The notes under the pieces are model-generated. The model saw only the letters and a list, made by a program, of their open reading frames with translations. It had not been told where the DNA came from and made no database searches. The position numbers and the translations under genes are program-made. Below are positions 62,620 through 64,000 of a stretch of 64,000 nucleotides of DNA, in pieces (within the stretch, counting starts at the first letter, position 1; each line of letters opens with the position of its first letter). The stretch comes from Candidatus Latescibacterota bacterium (GTDB taxonomy: Bacteria > Latescibacterota > UBA2968 > UBA8231): positions 224,001-288,000 of the forward strand of contig CBDCXV010000010.1 of assembly GCA_965223905.1 (NCBI GenBank), read 5' to 3'.

Positions 62620-63012
62620 ATCAAGGACTGGAAAGAGCTGACCGACCTGACCAAGGGGGCGCCAATCCTCGTGGAGCGGGTCCTGCTGCCGGACAGCGGC
62701 ATCGCGATCGAAGGGCAATTCGAGCCACCCGCGCTTGCCCGTCTTTCCGCGGAGGACCAGGTATTCGTTACCGCCTTCGTCCAGGTCCACGGCTCGATCA
62801 AGGAGATGGAGCGGATATTCGGCATCAGCTACCCGACGGTGAAAAACCGGCTCAACCGCCTTGGGGAGCAGCTGCAGCTCGTCGAGACCGTTCACCGGGC
62901 CGGGGGACCTGCCGGGCAACCACGCCCGAATCCGGAATCGGTGGAGGTGCTCGACAGCCTCGAAAGCGGCGAGATCGACGTCGAAGAGGCGGTGAGGAGG
63001 CTCTCCGGGTGA
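62620..63012 (+). CDS. DUF2089 family HTH protein
   Basis: IEGQF...GSIKEMERIFGISYPTVKNRL and a SHOCT-like tail. The RBS points to an in-frame ATC at 62620. Confidence 0.85.
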   Translation: MKDWKELTDLTKGAPILVERVLLPDSGIAIEGQFEPPALARLSAEDQVFVTAFVQVHGSIKEMERIFGISYPTVKNRLNRLGEQLQLVETVHRAGGPAGQPRPNPESVEVLDSLESGEIDVEEAVRRLSG

Positions 63013-63287
63013 TCCTGCCGCCTGCCTTCCTCAGGCTGCACCTGCGCACTGACGAGCGCCGTGTCCGGCTCTGGCTCCCGCTGGTGCTGCTGTGGCCGGT
63101 GGGTGCCGCGATACTGCTGCTGGCGACACCTCTCGCGGTTCTCGCCGCGGCGCTTTCATGGCATCGCGGTTGGGGCCGCCCCATCCTGCGGCTCATCCCC
63201 CTGCTTCTGTACCTGATTGCCTCGCTGCGCGGCCTGCGCCTCGACCTGGCCTCAGGCGGGGACCGGCTGTTCCTCTCCATCGATTAG
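63009..63287 (+). CDS. Small hypothetical membrane protein
   Basis: GTGA overlap; hydrophobic RLWLPLVLLWP segment. Confidence 0.7.
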   Translation: MILPPAFLRLHLRTDERRVRLWLPLVLLWPVGAAILLLATPLAVLAAALSWHRGWGRPILRLIPLLLYLIASLRGLRLDLASGGDRLFLSID

Positions 63288-63296
63288 GAAGGCGTG

Positions 63297-64000
63297 ATGA
63301 CTGAAGAACAGCGAAGAGTCCTCGAGATGCTCGCGGAAGGGAGGATTTCCGTGGACGAGGCGGAGCGTCTTCTGAAGGCGCTGCAAGACTCCAGCCGCCG
63401 CGATACGGGCGGGCAGAACGAACTCGGGGGCGAAGAATGCGATGACCGGGAAGGCGAGCCGTCCATGCACAGCGACACCTTCGAGGTGGGCGCCAACCCG
63501 CGCCTGGAAGTGCGCGGTTTCAACGGCCGCGTCCGGGTCACTGCCGGCAGCCCCGGTTCGATTCGCGTGCGGGCGAAGCTGAAGAACCCTCACCTGGTCG
63601 AGTACAGCGCTGTTCAGGAAGGCGACCTCGTCACTGTCGAGGCCAGGCCGGCACGCCGGTCCGGGGGGCTCCTGTCCGGCCTCTTCGGGGAAAACACCGG
63701 AGCGAACATCGAGGTGGTGGCGCCGGTCGCCTCCCGCGTCGAACTGGAGACCAGCAACGGGCCCGTAGAGCTGATGGGAACCGAGGGGGGCGGAAGGTTG
63801 CAGACGGCAAACGGACGCATCAAGGTCGAGAGCTCAAAGGGGGATCTCGACGCGAAGAGCAGCAACGGCGCGATAACGATCAGGACCTTCCAGGGGGGCC
63901 GCGGAGCTGGCCACCTCGAACAGCCGCGTGGCCATCGAGGACGCGCACGGCCGCTTCGATGCCCGGACCACCAACGGGTCGATAAAGTTTCAGGGGAGCA
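63297..64000 (+). CDS. SHOCT-like + DUF4097 beta-strand repeat protein (partial, runs off the window)
   Basis: EQRRVLEMLAEGRISVDEAERLL, then TSNG/TANG/SSNG/TTNG repeats. Frameshift near 63900. Confidence 0.8.
   Translation, partial: MTEEQRRVLEMLAEGRISVDEAERLLKALQDSSRRDTGGQNELGGEECDDREGEPSMHSDTFEVGANPRLEVRGFNGRVRVTAGSPGSIRVRAKLKNPHLVEYSAVQEGDLVTVEARPARRSGGLLSGLFGENTGANIEVVAPVASRVELETSNGPVELMGTEGGGRLQTANGRIKVESSKGDLDAKSSNGAITIRTFQGGRGAGHLEQPRGHRGRARPLRCPDHQRVDKVSGE

Overview
High-GC bacterial DNA carrying many single-base frameshifts and internal deletions, from long-read or metagenomic assembly noise and/or real decay. The gene content (several Gfo/Idh/MocA, PhyH, SDR and TIM-barrel sugar enzymes, plus secreted proteins ending in an NPFN...GVYL FlgD-like sorting domain) suggests a Latescibacterota-like organism; this is inference. 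A core of carbohydrate and small-molecule metabolism genes is interrupted by accessory DNA. The main candidate for an undescribed system is a ~4.9 kb lower-GC island (8612-13539), bounded by a perfect 49-bp direct repeat of the 3' end of an amidohydrolase gene. It carries a translationally coupled minus-strand operon: a UG/Abi-like reverse transcriptase (WVDD, helical C-terminus), a coiled-coil + 4TM protein, and a P-loop kinase fused to a Cas4/RecB-like PD-(D/E)XK nuclease. A structured ~550-nt non-coding leader precedes it. I read this as a candidate new defence-associated RT system. Other highlights are a DUF1156/DUF499 restriction-like cluster with an uncalled PD-(D/E)XK ORF, a DUF5069-like ORF with in-frame UGA at the family Cys position followed by a SECIS-like hairpin, an orphan CRISPR repeat, and repeated gene-3'-end duplications flanking insertions. 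I recognised no rRNA, tRNA, integrase or transposase. All family assignments come from motif recognition by eye, not database searches.
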